Under the pieces are notes generated by a model. That model did no database searches, had not been told where the DNA came from, and saw only the letters and a program-made list of their open reading frames with translations. Source: Octopus sinensis (lineage: Eukaryota). From it: a stretch of 64,000 nucleotides of DNA. The stretch lies in the NCBI RefSeq assembly GCF_006345805.1, contig NC_042998.1, forward strand, positions 139,934,001 to 139,998,000. Reading direction: 5' to 3'. Made by a program: the position numbers and the translations under genes. Below are positions 38,182 through 52,327 of this stretch, piece by piece; position 1 is the first letter of the stretch; each line of letters begins with the position of its first letter.

Positions 38182-38380
38182 CAGTAGTTCTCAACTGGGA
38201 TCCATATGGCCCAGTCAACAATACACAAAATATTTTAACAGTTTCTTTCGATACAGTTCCTGATAATACTTAATTATAAAAATATATGATTTTTTTAAAA
38301 CATAAAATGGCTAGGTGAGTCCATCCAAGTAAAATAGGAATCATAGGGATCCAAGGGCAAAAAATGGTTGAAAAAAACTG
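38182..38380. mobile_element. hAT-type MITE with 8-bp TSD
   Basis: Ends cagtagttctcaac / gttgaaaaaaactg; flanks ctctaaag (38174-38181) and ctctgaag (38381-38388); related 5' end at ~29555. Confidence 0.75.
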
Positions 38381-39429
38381 CTCTGAAGCATCATATTTTG
38401 GGACTATCACTTTTCTCTGTTGCGTTTGTTGTTACCAATTTTGAACAACGTAACAAGTAAAGTTTTTAACATGAGGAAATCCATTAACAGTTATATATTT
38501 CTATTCAGCTTTATTGCATAGTAACTTCAGTAAAACTATTTCTGAAAATATCATACTTCCAAAGTTACAGAAATAATCAGAAAATGCAAAAATATCAACA
38601 ATATTAAGAACAAGAAAAACAACCATTACATTTGCTGTAGTAATGGTTGTGATATTTAGCAAAAGTAACAGTGGTGACAGCTTAGATTATTTTCCGAGAA
38701 ACTTGTAAGCACATATGCGTGCACGTGCGCACACACATACACACACACGCGCGTGCATACACAAACATATGCATACTTACTATACATGTTCATATACAAC
38801 GTACCCAAGAAACCTTGTTAATCAAATTTTTGCTCAAGTTTTTATCTTTCTAAACCAATGCAATAATAGCTAAGAATGCTTACAATCATGATGCTATCTC
38901 TCTAGAATTATTGCTGTGTTACTGCTACTCCGACTTGTCAGATTTTGGAACATTCTCCAGGGAAATTATAACCACAAGTTGTTACAAGCTGAAAGCATAA
39001 CAATTTTTGCTTTTTTCCCCCCTATTTTTTAATTTCATTTTCCTTTACCTTTTTTTTTGGCAATGATTTTTCTCTCTTTCTTTTTTTTGCTTCCTCATTC
39101 TCAATTATTCATTATTTGCCACTCACCTTTTGTTGTCGCTGATACCCTAACTTAGCTAAGTATTTTTATATATCACATTTGTGGAAAAAATTGACTGGAA
39201 ATTCTGGGTTCATTGAATTTTTTAGTCTTCAATTGTTTAGAAAGAATGCAACAAGAATGTAATTTCGAATGACTAATTTTTTTCTTATCTATTGATATAT
39301 ATATATATATATAATATATATATATATACATATTTCATATATATATATATAATTTTGTGATCCAAAATTGTTTTTATTTATTTCTATCATCTGAATGTTT
39401 TGGGGACAACCAGAAATATCTTACTTTAT

Positions 39430-39493
<64 letters not shown>

Positions 39494-40443
39494 CTATCTA
39501 TGTATGTACACATATACATGTGTGTGTATATATCTATACACACATACACACACTCACACACATATTTATTTGTGTTTATTATCAAGTTGTTCATTTTATT
39601 TCATAATACTGAAGTCCTCTCATCCATGCAAAACCCTTTTACTGCTGAGCAGTTTAATATTGTATCACTAAATTACGATCTACGTCAACAGAAATATTTT
39701 ATTATTTGTATTTGGTTGTTGGAAGTGGGGTGAGCGGAGAGAGTTTCTATCCTCTGTTTTGTTTTGGGGTTTTTTTTTCCTATTTTTTCCCTCCTTCATT
39801 GCACAAACATAGTTATATTCGAACATTGCAAAAATTAGAGTTAGAATCAATTTAAAAAGAAAAAAATAGTAATAATAAAGAAGATACAAATCCAATTAAT
39901 TAGAGCTATTTGTAAGATATATCCCATGATTCTCTACTGTACTTATTTTGTAGCATTATTTCAAGATGTCATTCTCAATTCAGTTAGTGTTGAAGAGCTA
40001 GCAGTATATAGCTTTAAAGAGAAATTAATATCTCTTATTTCTTTAGTAAGCTCTAAGGAGACATAAATTTTTACACTTGATTATGTTTTGCAATATTACT
40101 TTTATTAAAAAAATCATGACTGCTAGTGACAGTAAATCTGATGGCTTCTGGACAAATTAAAAAAATAAAATAAAATGAAATAAAATGGGGAAAAAAATTA
40201 TATTATTAAAACTTTCTAGTTTTCTTAGTAAGAAAGGTGCAAACTTAATTTTAATTTGTGTGTGTGTGTGTCTGTGTGTGTGAGTGAGTGTGTATATATG
40301 TGTGTATAAGATGAAAATTGAGATTTATTAAAAAAAACTACAAAATAGAAATATTGAAAAATTAGTTTTGTTGGTTATATGATTGTAGTTAGGATAGAAT
40401 GAATATGTGTGTGTGTGTGTGTATCTATCTATCTCTCTACCTA

Positions 40444-40506
<63 letters not shown>

Positions 40507-42429
40507 TATATATTTATATATATATATATACTTATATATATATTTATGTACATATATATTTTTATATAACTTTATATTTATATATATTTATATATATTAT
40601 ATATTTATATTTATATATATATATATTTATATATATTTTTTTAATATAAATTTATATTTATATATATTTTTATATAAATTTATATTTATATATTTATATA
40701 TATTATATATATATATTTATATTTATATATTTATATATATATTTTTATATACATATTTATATTTATATATATGTATTTTTATATATATTTATATATATAT
40801 ATATAGAGAGAGAGAGGGTGGGTGAGATCTAGACATATATAGTTATTTCATTTTCGTTTTAACGTCTGATTTTTCCTACTACTATGAGTTAAATGAATAT
40901 GTTGGTGGATGTACAAAGATTAGCTAGTTTTGAGGAGCAGAGGCCATTACAGTAGTGATAGAAAAGACAGAGAGAGGAGCACACTTGTGAACCAGAGGCT
41001 GAGGATTGTGTGCATGTGTGCATGTGTGTGTGTGTGTGTGTGTGTGTGTATGAATACCAATCAAAGTAGCCCTTCTCTGGATTCAGTCCAGGATGTTTGG
41101 CTTCTTCATGTCCCAGACTTTCTTTGGATTTCTTATTTCATGTCGCTGATAAGTAAGCTATTTCCTACAGCTTATAAATATAGGTTCTTTAAAAAGAATA
41201 GTATTTCAAAGTTTTGTATAAGGCCAGCAAATTTGCACTGGGGTTGATGCATAACTGGTACTTATTTTATCAACCCCAAAAGGAAGAAAGGCAAAATCAA
41301 CCTTAGCAGAATTTGAACTCAGAATGTACACAGATGGATGAAATACTACCTAGAATTTTGCCTGGCATGCTAATGATCCTGCCAGTTTACCACCTTAGAA
41401 TAACATTAAGGGTCACCAGAACTAACATTAATATTATTTTCTCAGAGAACCCAACCCTACAGCTTCCAACTACTTCTAGAAAGCTGACAGGGTATTTTGA
41501 GAGAATCTATTTTCCATGTGCTATTAGTCCTTCTTGCTCCTGAACACCAGCCACTGATTAAGTCAAACTTATTTCTTAGCTTGCTTATGGTGTCACTAAA
41601 CTGTATATGTATCCATTGTTTGAACCAAGTATATTGTATGGCGTTTTTACCTACTCCTTTTCTACCTACGGAGCATAACCATTTCTTTAATGGTAACATC
41701 ATGATGCATTTTATTCATTCACATTTTATATATCCTGGTGAATGGGAAAACATTTTTTTTCTTGTTCCAGCCAACATTAATTACTGAATTTTTTGTTATG
41801 TGTTTTTAAACCCCAATTTTTTAAAACTCCCATAGAAAGGCACAGGTGTGGCTGTGGTAAAAAGTTTGCTTCCTAACTACATGGTTTCAAGTTCATCCTC
41901 TTAGTTCTGGACAGACCAAAGCCTGTTGTGTGTGTGTGTGTGTGTTACTGTCTCCTTGCTTTAACACTGCATGTAGCTGTGAGTGCCACCATAACACAAA
42001 CAGTGTCCCTCATTTCCAGTCTTCTGTGGAAACATATTTGACCATGGCAAAAATATTTTGCTTGGAAACAGGTGAGGGCTGGTAACTGGAAGGGCATCCG
42101 GCTGTAAAAACAACCCACCTTAATGAATTTCATCTGACCCATGCAAGCATGGAAAAGTGGACATTTAAATGATGATGATAATACAAAATGTTATCATCAT
42201 CATCTCCATTCTAAACAAAATGCCAATACAATGTTGTTTTGTAATGCGGCAAACTGGCAGAATCATTAGCAAGCTAGGCAAAATGCTTTATATTGAGTTC
42301 AGATCCCACCAAAGTCATCTTTTCGGAGTCAGTAAAATAACTACCAGTTGAACTCTGGGTTGATGTATTTGACTTGCCCCTGCCCCTGAAATTGCTGATA
42401 ATGTTGTTTTTGTTTGTTTATTTTTTCAG

Positions 42430-42517
42430 ACACCAGCCCTGGTCATCTCACTTTAGCGAGCATATGATGGCATTTTCTGATTGTTCTCTAGATAAAAACC
42501 GTGGAAATTTGAAACCG
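42430..42517 (+). CDS. Coding exon 3: (R)HQPWSSHFSEHMMAFSDCSLDKNRGNLKP
   Basis: ttttttcag acceptor; ccg|gtgagt donor; 88 nt, phase 2/0. Confidence 0.8.
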
Positions 42518-42557
42518 GTGAGTTTATATGTAATTGTAATATTACTGTTGTACTTCT

Positions 42558-43250
42558 AAGGTGGCAAGCTGATGGAATCATTAGCATGCTTTGCTAAACG
42601 CTTAGCAGCATTTTGTCTATCTTCACATTCTGAGTTCAAATTCTGCTCAAGTCGACTTTGCTTTCATCCTTTCAGGGTCGATAAAATAGATACTAGTTGA
42701 GTACTGGGGTCGGCATAATCAACCAGCACCCACCCTTGAACTTCCTGACCTTGTGCCAAAATTTGAAACCAATATTACTGTTGTGCTTGAAGGCATGCTG
42801 GCAGGATTGTTTTCATGCCAGGCAAAATGCTTAGTGGCATTTCATTTGTCTTTGTTTTGAGTTCAAATTCCACCTAGGTTAGAATTTAAACTCGTCCTTA
42901 CTTTTCATTCTTTTGGGGGCCAATAAAATAAGTACCAGCTGAACACTGGTGTTGATGTAATCATCTTACGCTCTCCTCCAAAATTGCTGGCTTGTACCAA
43001 AAATTGAAATCAATGTTAGAAATGGCTAACATGGAGAGCTGGCAGAATTGTTGGCATGCCTTACAAAATACTTAGTGGTATTTTGTCCATCTTCACGTTC
43101 TGAGTTTAAATTCTGCCAAAGTCAACTTTGCCTTTCATCCTTTCGGAGTCAATAAATTAAGTACCAGTTGAACACTGGTGGTTGATGTAATCAACTTACA
43201 CTCCACCCACCAAAATTGCTGGCTTTGTACTAAAATTTGAAACCAAAATT
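42558..43250 (+). repeat. Head-to-tail array of three SINE-B copies (~230-bp period)
   Basis: Each unit: gctggcagaa/gga..ttagcatg...gagttcaaattc...aagtaccag...aaatttgaaacca; 'aatattactgttgt' occurs before and after the first unit. Confidence 0.75.
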
Positions 43251-43867
43251 ATTGTTTTACTACATGTACTGAAATAAGTTACAACACTTAAATATCGAAA
43301 CTACTAAAGCTCTCCACTTCTTTCCACTTACCACACAACATAATGTCAACTTTTTGCTTTTATTCTCTAATATTGCACTTCACTTTGTTATCTCTTAACT
43401 TTTACATGTTTCACTCCTTGGACTACAGCCATTCTGGGCCACCACATTGAATGGTTTTAGTCAAACAAATCACTTGCATACCCATATTTATGTTGTTTTT
43501 TTTTAAGCCTCATATGTATTCTATTAGTCTCTCTTCCAAAATAACTAAGTTATGTGGACTTAAACAAACCAACACTGGTTGTCAAGTGGTGTTGGGGTGA
43601 CAAATACAGGCACAAAGACACTTACACACACACACAGACACACACGCACACACATCTGTATCTTTTCTCTTTTGCTTGTTTAGTCATTAGACTGCATCCA
43701 TGCTGGGGCATGGTCTTGAAGAAGTTTTAATGAATCAACCTCAGTATTTTTTTTAAAGCCTAGTACTTATTCTTTTGGGTTCTTGTTTTCAAACTGCTAG
43801 GTTACAGGGACATAAACACAGCAACACTGCTTGTCAGGCGGTGGTGAAAGACAAACAGTTACACAAA

Positions 43868-43901
<34 letters not shown>

Positions 43902-43902
43902 G

Positions 43903-43955
<53 letters not shown>

Positions 43956-44749
43956 CATATACATATATATATACATGCATACATACATATATATATATAT
44001 GACAGGCATCTTTCAGTTTCCATTTACCAAATCCACTCTCAAGGCTTTGGCCAGCCTGAAGATATAGTAGAAAGCACTTGCCCAAGCTGAACACAGTGGG
44101 ACTTAACATGGAACCAAGTAGTTGGGAAGCAAACTTTTCTACCACGTAGTCACAACTGCACCTCTCCCCTCCTCTCTCTCTCTCTATATATATATATATT
44201 TATATAGTCATATGTAAAGGTAATATCCAAGGATCAAGGTGTAGGAAGTTAGTAAGCTTCAAGCAGTCTGTAGAAGGTATAAAAAACAACTTTCAGGAAC
44301 AGTGGTTTATTGATGTAGATTTTTCCCATATTGAAGTTTGATATGTTGAAAAAAGTTATTTTATAGTTCATGGTTAACAACTGGGGTTGCTGTGTATGCA
44401 AATAAAATTCCAAATTTAGGAGATGGAGCAGGTATATATATAATTTGAGGAATCAGCTGCTAACTATAATAAGTGAAGGAAAATATGTGAAAATGGCATT
44501 AGGAGCCATGGCAACACAAACATTGAGTATCTTAGGTGATCTTAAGCAACATCAAAAGAATGCAGTTTCTATTTCAATGTTTTGTGTGTGAAGGATGCAA
44601 AAACAAACTAGGTCTAGTGTCTCACAGAAGACATGTACCAAAATGTGCGGCAAAGAAAGAAAGAAACTAAAATTCTTTGACTCTCACACATCAAACAAAG
44701 AAAGTGTCCATTATATATGTGTGTGTGTTTGTGTGTGTGTATATCTCTC

Positions 44750-45140
44750 TTTTACTCTTTACTCTTTTACTTGTTTCAGTCATTTGACTGCGGCCATGCT
44801 GGAGCACCGCCTTTAGTCGAGCAAATCTACCCCGGGACTTATTCTTTGTAAGCCCAGTACTTATTCTATCGGTCTCTTTTGCCGAACCGCTAAGTGACGG
44901 GGACGTAAACACACCAGCACCGGTTGTCAAGCAATACTAGGGCGACAAACACAGACACACACTTATATATATATACATATATATGACAGGCTTCTTTCAG
45001 TTTCCATCTACCAAATCCACTCACGAGGCATTGGTCGGCCCGGGGCTATAGCAGAAGACACTTGCCCAAGATGCCATGCAGTGGGACTGAACCCGGAACC
45101 ATGTGGTTGGTTAGCAAGCTACTTACCACACAGCCACTCC
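44750..45140 (-). mobile_element. Well-preserved full-length SINE-A
   Basis: Minus strand: ggagtggctgtgtggtaagtagcttgct...gggttcagtccc head, central (TA/CA)n, tail ...actgaaacaagtaaaagagtaaaagagta; retains CpGs. Other full copies at ~16350-16760, 18200-18610, 35590-35980, 37020-37375, 43670-44160. Confidence 0.82.
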
Positions 45141-46619
45141 AAATATATATATATTTACATACACACATCATGGGCTTCCACCTACCAAATTCACTCACAA
45201 AGCTTTGGTCAGTCTGGGGCTATAGTAGAAGACACTTGCCCAAGACTCCACACAATAGGACTGAAGACACTTGGGAAAATATGAGGCTTCATTTTACTAC
45301 CAACATTAAACTGATTGCTGGAAACCTAACTTATTATTGAGATTTATGCATGCACACACACACACACATGCATGCACACATATGCATGCACACACACAAA
45401 ACACACTTTCTCCCTTTCTCTTTCTCTTACAGTAGTTTCTTATATATACTATTCAAGACATCTGTCTGTATTACACTCTTTGACTATTAAAATATATTCA
45501 AATGTAAAATGTTTCATTAGTTTTAAAACGGAAATACTAGAATTCATTAGTTTTTAATTATATTGACACAATATTATGCAATTTATTTCAAAAACAAAAA
45601 AAAAAACAAAGGAAATAATATGCATGTTAATAAATGTCTTATCGTCTTGAAATATGCCAGCAATTTGTGGAACTAATCAGACAATCTATCCGTCTGTCTG
45701 TGAATTACTATTGGTAAAAGTTGTGGTTTATTTCTGCATATTTCAGCAAGATAAAAGTTTGAAGCTGGTGGATCTCAGTTTAAGAAGAAAATATGAGATC
45801 TAAATAAATTTATCTTCCTCATTAAAAATTGTTATAGATGCAGACATGGCTGTGTGATTAAGAAGCTTTCCATGTAGTTTTGGATTTGGTCCCACTGCAT
45901 GGCACCTTGGGTAAGTGCCTTCTTCCTTAGTCCGAGGCTGACTGATGCCTTGTGGGAGGATTTGGTAGATAGAAACTGTGTGGAAACCCATTATATTGTG
46001 TAACAAAATTTTGTATTCTTTTGTTTTTGGTCAGTAGGTGTTATTTCCTATTTGCTTCTATCTAGAAATCAAAGGAAATGACTACTATTCCTTTCAAACT
46101 TTGCTTCTGTGACCTGGACATCAATGTTTTGAAACTGACCTATTTTCCATGACATTTCAGACAGATTCAGTGCTGAGTTGCTTAAGCAGAAATATTGTTG
46201 TAGTAAATATTCTGCTCAATACTGCAGATTTGCTTGTCAGTTGCTTGATGGTAACCACTTGAGCATGTCTCTTAGTGGCTGACGATATGTACATCTCTGA
46301 TCATGAACAGGAGTAGTTGGGGAGCATCATAACCTTGTGTTGAGAAGGATTCTTTGGGGTTTGGATAAATGTAACAAAAGCAAAGTCTGAAGGAAATATT
46401 AGCCATTTTTCATTACTATAGTTAATTTGTTTGAATGACCCCTTCAAGGCAGTGCTCCAGCATGTCTGCAATCCATTGGTTGAAACAAGTAAAAGATAAA
46501 TGATGCAAAATTAAGATCTCCTAATTATGGAAGTAATTAATCCTAGATGGTTAAAAATGAAACTTATACAGATGTGATTTAATTTCAGTGCACATCCATA
46601 CCCATTTCATTAAGATTAA

Positions 46620-46839
46620 CCCTTTAGCATTCAGCTTAGTTTGTCAAGTGTAATGCTTATTTATTCACATTGTTTTGAATTAATCAAGCATTATCTTGTA
46701 GCTTTGAGATTTCAATGATGTGATTGTTCATTTTTAGGATGACATTGTGGGGTAGATGGGAGAAGCTGGCTGTGGCCAGTTTGAATATAAAACAAATAAA
46801 ATATTTTGGCTGGATATGGCCAGTTTAAATGCTAAAGGG
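46620..46839. mobile_element. piggyBac-type MITE (TTAA target)
   Basis: ttaa|ccctttagcatt ... aatgctaaaggg|ttaa; same family at 53566-53785 and, inverted, at 61749-61968. Confidence 0.85.
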
Positions 46840-48588
46840 TTAAATGCCTTTGAGTGCTTAGCTATGTAGCATCCATCTGTCGACAACTAGGCCAGCTCGG
46901 AATCCAGGGTTGCAAAAGAATAGCAACAAAGAAATGCTTTTCAGAGACAGCTGAGAAGAGCTCAATGTGGTTATGGGTGAAAAGGAAATAATGTTGGAAC
47001 TGAAGAGGAATACATACAGCAAGCCATTGGACACTGGAGGAAGGTAACCTAGTTTGAAACATTGTAAGCTCACACAGTAAACTATGTGGCCAAGCAATAA
47101 GCTCACCTAAAGGCTCTAAGTTCAATTCCCACTGAAGGTGTCATTTAAATAACAGTAGGACGACACCTAGGAGTCACTACCTAGGTGGGCCCTGTGCCTT
47201 TAAGAGTGTCTGGAACTAATGGGCCAAAACAGTTGTTTGATGGGAGTTCTTCCTTTAAAGATTTCTTCTGCTGTCTACTTGCCCTGTAGAGAGTCTCCAC
47301 TCACCACAGTTCAAAGTGTGCACAGGTCATCTTTGCTGGTCACCCTTCCTGGGTCAATAAAAAAAAGTAGTTGCAAAAGAATAATGGGGGTTGATCTACT
47401 TGACTCTAGACCCTCAATTTTTTGGCCTTTCCCATTCCAGAAATTGTTGATATTGTTGTTGTTGTTTCTGCAGTGGATTGGCAGAATTATTAGAGCAACA
47501 GATGAACTAACTTGCAGTATTTCTTCCAGCTCTTCACATTCTGAGTTCAAATTCCACTGGGGTTAACTCACTCTCTCATATGCACCCTTATTTACTACCT
47601 CTACCCATTCTACCCTTTCCAATCTTCTGTCGTCACTCACTTCTGGTGGTGGTGGTGAGGTGAAGGCTCCAGTTCATTAAAAACAAGTTTTTCCTTTTAA
47701 AATAAACCATAACAATATTGATTTCAACTTTTGGCACAAGGCCAGCAATTTTGTGGGAGGGGTTTAGTCGATTACATCAACCTCATTGCTCAACTGGTAC
47801 TTATTTTATTGATCCCGAAAGGATCAGTGAAATTTGAACTTAGAACATAAGGACAAATAAAATGCTGCTAAGTGTTTTGCCCAGTGTTCTAACAATTCTG
47901 CCAGCTTGCCACCTTAAGCCATAAGAATATTAATAGATAAATAATGTGAATATTTGATGTTTTGTAGTAGCGTAGCAAGGAATCTCAGTACTCAGTGGGG
48001 CAGAAACGCTTTGGGCACCCACACTTTAAGAACTGCACCCACCAGAGGCAACTGCTACTCCCTCTTGCCACCACCTCTTACTATACCTCTGTTATTTTAT
48101 CAACTAATTTTCAGTATTATTATTGAAAGCTTTAAGGCAGCGAGCTGGCAGAATCATTAGTACTCTGGGCAAAATGCTTAGTGGCATTTCATCCATCTGT
48201 ACATTCTGAGTTCTAATTCTGCAGAGGTTGACTTTGCCTTTCATCTTTCCGGGTTTATAAATGTAATTGACTTACCCCCTCCCCACAAATTTCAGGCCTT
48301 GTGCCAAATCTTGAAACCATTATTGAAAGCTTTAAGATGGTAAGCTGGCAGAATTGTTAGAGCATTGGAAAAAATACTTTGCAGTATTTCTTCTGACTCA
48401 TTAAGTTCTGAGTTCAAATTCTGCCAAAGTAAATTTTGCTTGTCACCTTTTCAGGGTCAATAAAATAAGTACCAGTTGAGCCCTGGGGTTAATGTAATAA
48501 ACTGACCCCTTTCCTCTAAAGCCCCTGGTCTAGTGTCAACATTTTTAGCCATTAGAAGAAGGCAGCAAGCTGGCAAAAACATTCCCAC

Positions 48589-49400
48589 ATCATCATCATC
48601 ATACATCCGCTTTCCATGCTTGCATGGGTTGGACAGTGACTGAAAACTGGTAAGCCAAGAGGCTGCACAAGGTTCCAGTCTGATTTGGCTAGGTTTCTAC
48701 AGCTGGATGCCCTTCCTAATGCCAACCATTCTGAGAGTGTAGTTGATGCTTTTTATCTACCTCTGGCACAGATGCCATTGACCTGACACTGGCATCAGCC
48801 ACTACTACAGTCTCACTTGGCTTGAGAGATCAACACAAGCACAATAAATCACCAAGGGTCTTGGTCAGCTGTCACTGCCTCCATGAGTCCCAACGCTTGA
48901 ATGGTGCTTCTTGTGTGCCACCAGCACAGGTGTCGGCCAGACAGCACTGGCATCAGCCATGACTACAATTTCACTCAGTCTGATAGGTCTTCATAAGCAC
49001 AGCATATCACCCAGTTCCTCAACACTGGCATTGGCCACGACTACAATCTCACTTGGCTTGACAGGTCTTCTCAAGCACAGTATATCTTCAAAGGTCTCAG
49101 TTGCTTGTCATTACTTCTGTGAGGCCCAATATTCAAAGATCGTGCTTCACCACCTCATCCCATGTCTTCTGCAACTTTCCTCCACCATTACAGTGCAACA
49201 CTTCTTCACACAGAAGAAGATGGCTGCACTGGTATGGTCCTATGATGCATCATAGGACCATACCAGTGCATCCGTCTCTCTTGCACACCACATCCAATGC
49301 TTCTCATGTCCAACTTTTCTTTCAGGATGCTTACACTCTGTTGTGCATGTACACTGACATTACACATCCAGCAGAGCATACTAGTTTCATTTCTTTTACA
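48589..49400 (-). mobile_element. Decayed RTE 3' fragment
   Basis: (CAT)n tail, 3' UTR motifs and minus-strand remnant RNETSMLCWMCNVSV...VQERRMHWYG, similar to the C-terminus of the 680-aa ORF. Confidence 0.8.
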
Positions 49401-49732
49401 CACTCAGCAGAAGAAAATGCAAAGCAGCATTTCTTGTAGGTTTTTACATTCTGTGTTCTAATTCCACTGATGTTGATTTTGCCTTTCATTGTTTTGGGGA
49501 TCGATAAAATAAGTACCAGTTGAGCACTGGGGTTGATATAATTGACTTACATCATCATTGTCATTAATCCCAGAGTATTATTGTTATGAGTCCTAAGACT
49601 CATAGGGTGAAGGCACATGGTTAAGTGGTTAGGGTATTCAGTTCAAGAGCATATGACCATCAGTTCAATACCCAGCAGCGCATTGTATCCTTGAACAAGA
49701 CACTTTATTTCATGGTGCTCCTGTCTACTCAG

Positions 49733-50122
49733 TTGTGTTGTTGGAACTCCGTCAGTTACGACAACGAGTGTTCCAATTGATCTGATCAACAGAACAGCCT
49801 GTTCGTGAAATTAACATGCAAGTAGCTGAGCACACCACAGACATGTATACCCTTAACGTAGTTCTCAGGGAGATTCAGCATGACACAGGGTGTGAGAAGG
49901 CTGGCCCTTTGAAATACAGGTACAACAGAAACAGGAAGAAAGAGTGATAGAAAGTTGTGGTGAAAGAGTACAGCAGGGTTCATCACCACCTCCTGCTAGA
50001 GCCTCATAGAGCTTTAGGTGTTTTCACTCAATAAACACTCACGACGCCCGGTCTGGGAATCGAAACTGTGATCCTAAGACCGCGAGTCCGCTACCCTAAC
50101 CACTGGGCCATTGCGTCTCCAC
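49733..50122 (-). mobile_element. SINE-C inserted in inverted orientation inside a related SINE (~49607-50305, +)
   Basis: Minus-strand head tggcccagtggttagggtagcggactcgcggtc...gtttcgattccc; its tail (49742-49920) is complementary to the host tail (50125-50302). Confidence 0.75.
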
Positions 50123-50608
50123 AATGTATTTCAAATGGCCAGCCTTGTTACATTCTGTGTCATGTTGAATCTTCCTGGGAATTACATTAAGAATATGCCT
50201 GTCTGTGGAGTACTCAGCCACTTACATGTTAATTTAATTAGCTGGCCATTCTGTTGATCAAATCAACTGGAACCCTTGTTGTTGTGACCAATGAAGTACC
50301 AGTTAGTTGTAGGATTCATAGGGCCAGTTACCTGCTTTTCCATGACTGAGATGACAACATTGGTCCTGAATAGGGTACCGGTCCATTGCAGGAGTACTTA
50401 TATTTACAGCTGAGTGGAATGCAGCAATGTGAAATGAAGTTTTGTGCTCAAGAACACAATGCATCGCCTGGTTCAGGAACTGAAATCATGATGTTTGTAA
50501 TTGTGAGCATAACACCCTAACCACTAGGCCACATGCCTTCACTGATCTACTTACCCCACCCCACCCCTCACTTTAAAATGGCTGACTTTGTACCAGAAAT
50601 AAGAAAGA

Positions 50609-50644
<36 letters not shown>

Positions 50645-51201
50645 TTGATTGATTGAGAGAGCAGTGCATGCCATCAAAGTGACATGGGTAAAATATACGA
50701 AGCCCTTTATTCCCATCATGATTATCCATCTGATAAGGGTACACCAGGCACATGCATCACAGCCATATGTGTGCGACATGGTGATCTCATATCAAGATAA
50801 ACAGCATATGACCTTGCAGGTGGGGCCCAGTTAGAATTTTCTTCTGGTTGAGTAACCCATCCCGCTCAAAAGGTCCCTGAATAAGGGTTGTTTAAGAATG
50901 TTGAACAAAATACCCATATTTCCTGAGATGAATTATTCAAACCCCAAAGAATCCCCCTCAACACATGGCTATAATGCTCCCCCACTACTTCTGCACGTGA
51001 TCAGAGATACACATATCATTTGCCACTGAAGGACGTGCTCAACTAGTTAAGGTCAAACAACTGACAAGCAAATCTGTGGTATTGAGCAGAATATTTGTTG
51101 CAGCCCATCTTTTATACCAAGACAAAACAATGTACATAATAACACTTCCAATCTGTTAAGATCAGAAGCCACGAGAGCCACTGCCTAGTACTACATCAGG
51201 G

Positions 51202-51236
<35 letters not shown>

Positions 51237-51237
<1 letters not shown>

Positions 51238-51241
51238 CATT

Positions 51242-51291
<50 letters not shown>

Positions 51292-52150
51292 TTAACGTCC
51301 GTTTTCTGCGCTAGCACGGGTTGGACGGTTCGACCAGGGGCTGCACCAGGCTCCAGTCTGATCTGGCAGAGTTTCTACAGCTGGATGCCCTTCCTAACGC
51401 CAACCACTCTGCGAGTGTAGTGGGTGCTTTTTACGTGCCACCTGCACAGGTGCCAGGGGGGTCTGGCATCGGCCACGATCGGTTGGAGCTTTTAACGTGC
51501 CGCCGTCACGGAAGCCAACCAAGGCAGCGCTGGCAACGGCCACGTTCGGATGGTGCTTTTTATGTGCCACTGGCACAGAAGCCAGTCGGGGCGGCGCTGG
51601 CATCGGCCACGTTTGGATGGTGCTTTTTATGTGCTACCGGCACAGAAGCCAGTTGAGGCGGTGCTGGCAACGGCCACGTTCGGATGGTGCTTTTTATGTG
51701 CCACCAGCACAGGTATCACAACTACTATTTCCATTGATATTTATTTCGATGTTCATGTTCATGTACTTGACTCAACAGGTCTCCTCAAGCACAGCGGGAC
51801 GTTCTGGAATCCAGGGTACTTTGAATGGGCAGGGGCTATGCGGAACTGGTGCAGGAAGCAGCCCGGATCTTTGCAGTCACAGCATATCTCCAGAGATCTC
51901 GGTCCTTCGCCATTGCCTCAGTGAGGCCCAACGCTCTGAGGTCATGCTTGACTACCTCATTCCATGTCTTCCTGGGTCTACCTCTCCCCCTGATACCTTC
52001 AACTGTTTGGGAGTGGCACTTCTTCACACATCTCTCCTCATCCATCCGCAGTACATGACCATACCATCGCAAGCGTCGCTCTTGCACATCACATCTGATG
52101 CTTCTTATGTCCAGCATTTCTCTCAGGGTGCTTACACTCTGTCATGCGTG
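51237..52150 (-). mobile_element. RTE LINE 3' fragment with ~59-bp tandem repeats
   Basis: ORF 51836-52117 (VQERRLRWYGHVLRMDEERCVKK...RGRPRKTW); ~4 repeats of ggccacgttcggatggtgctttttatgtgcc (51470-51710); (CAT)n tail. Confidence 0.88.
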
Positions 52151-52153
52151 CAC

Positions 52154-52195
<42 letters not shown>

Positions 52196-52230
52196 TACTG
52201 AAAGCATTTTATGACATATTTGTTTTGCAG

Positions 52231-52327
52231 GTAATATCTTCATCTGCTGAGTCGATATCTGTTGGCAGCTTTGCCCCTCCACCTTTAGCTGAACACTCAT
52301 CAAGCTGCAGCTATGTCTCAAATACAG
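52231..52327 (+). CDS. Coding exon 4: VISSSAESISVGSFAPPPLAEHSSSCSYVSNT
   Basis: tttgttttgcag acceptor; cag|gtataa donor; 97 nt, phase 0/1. Confidence 0.72.
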
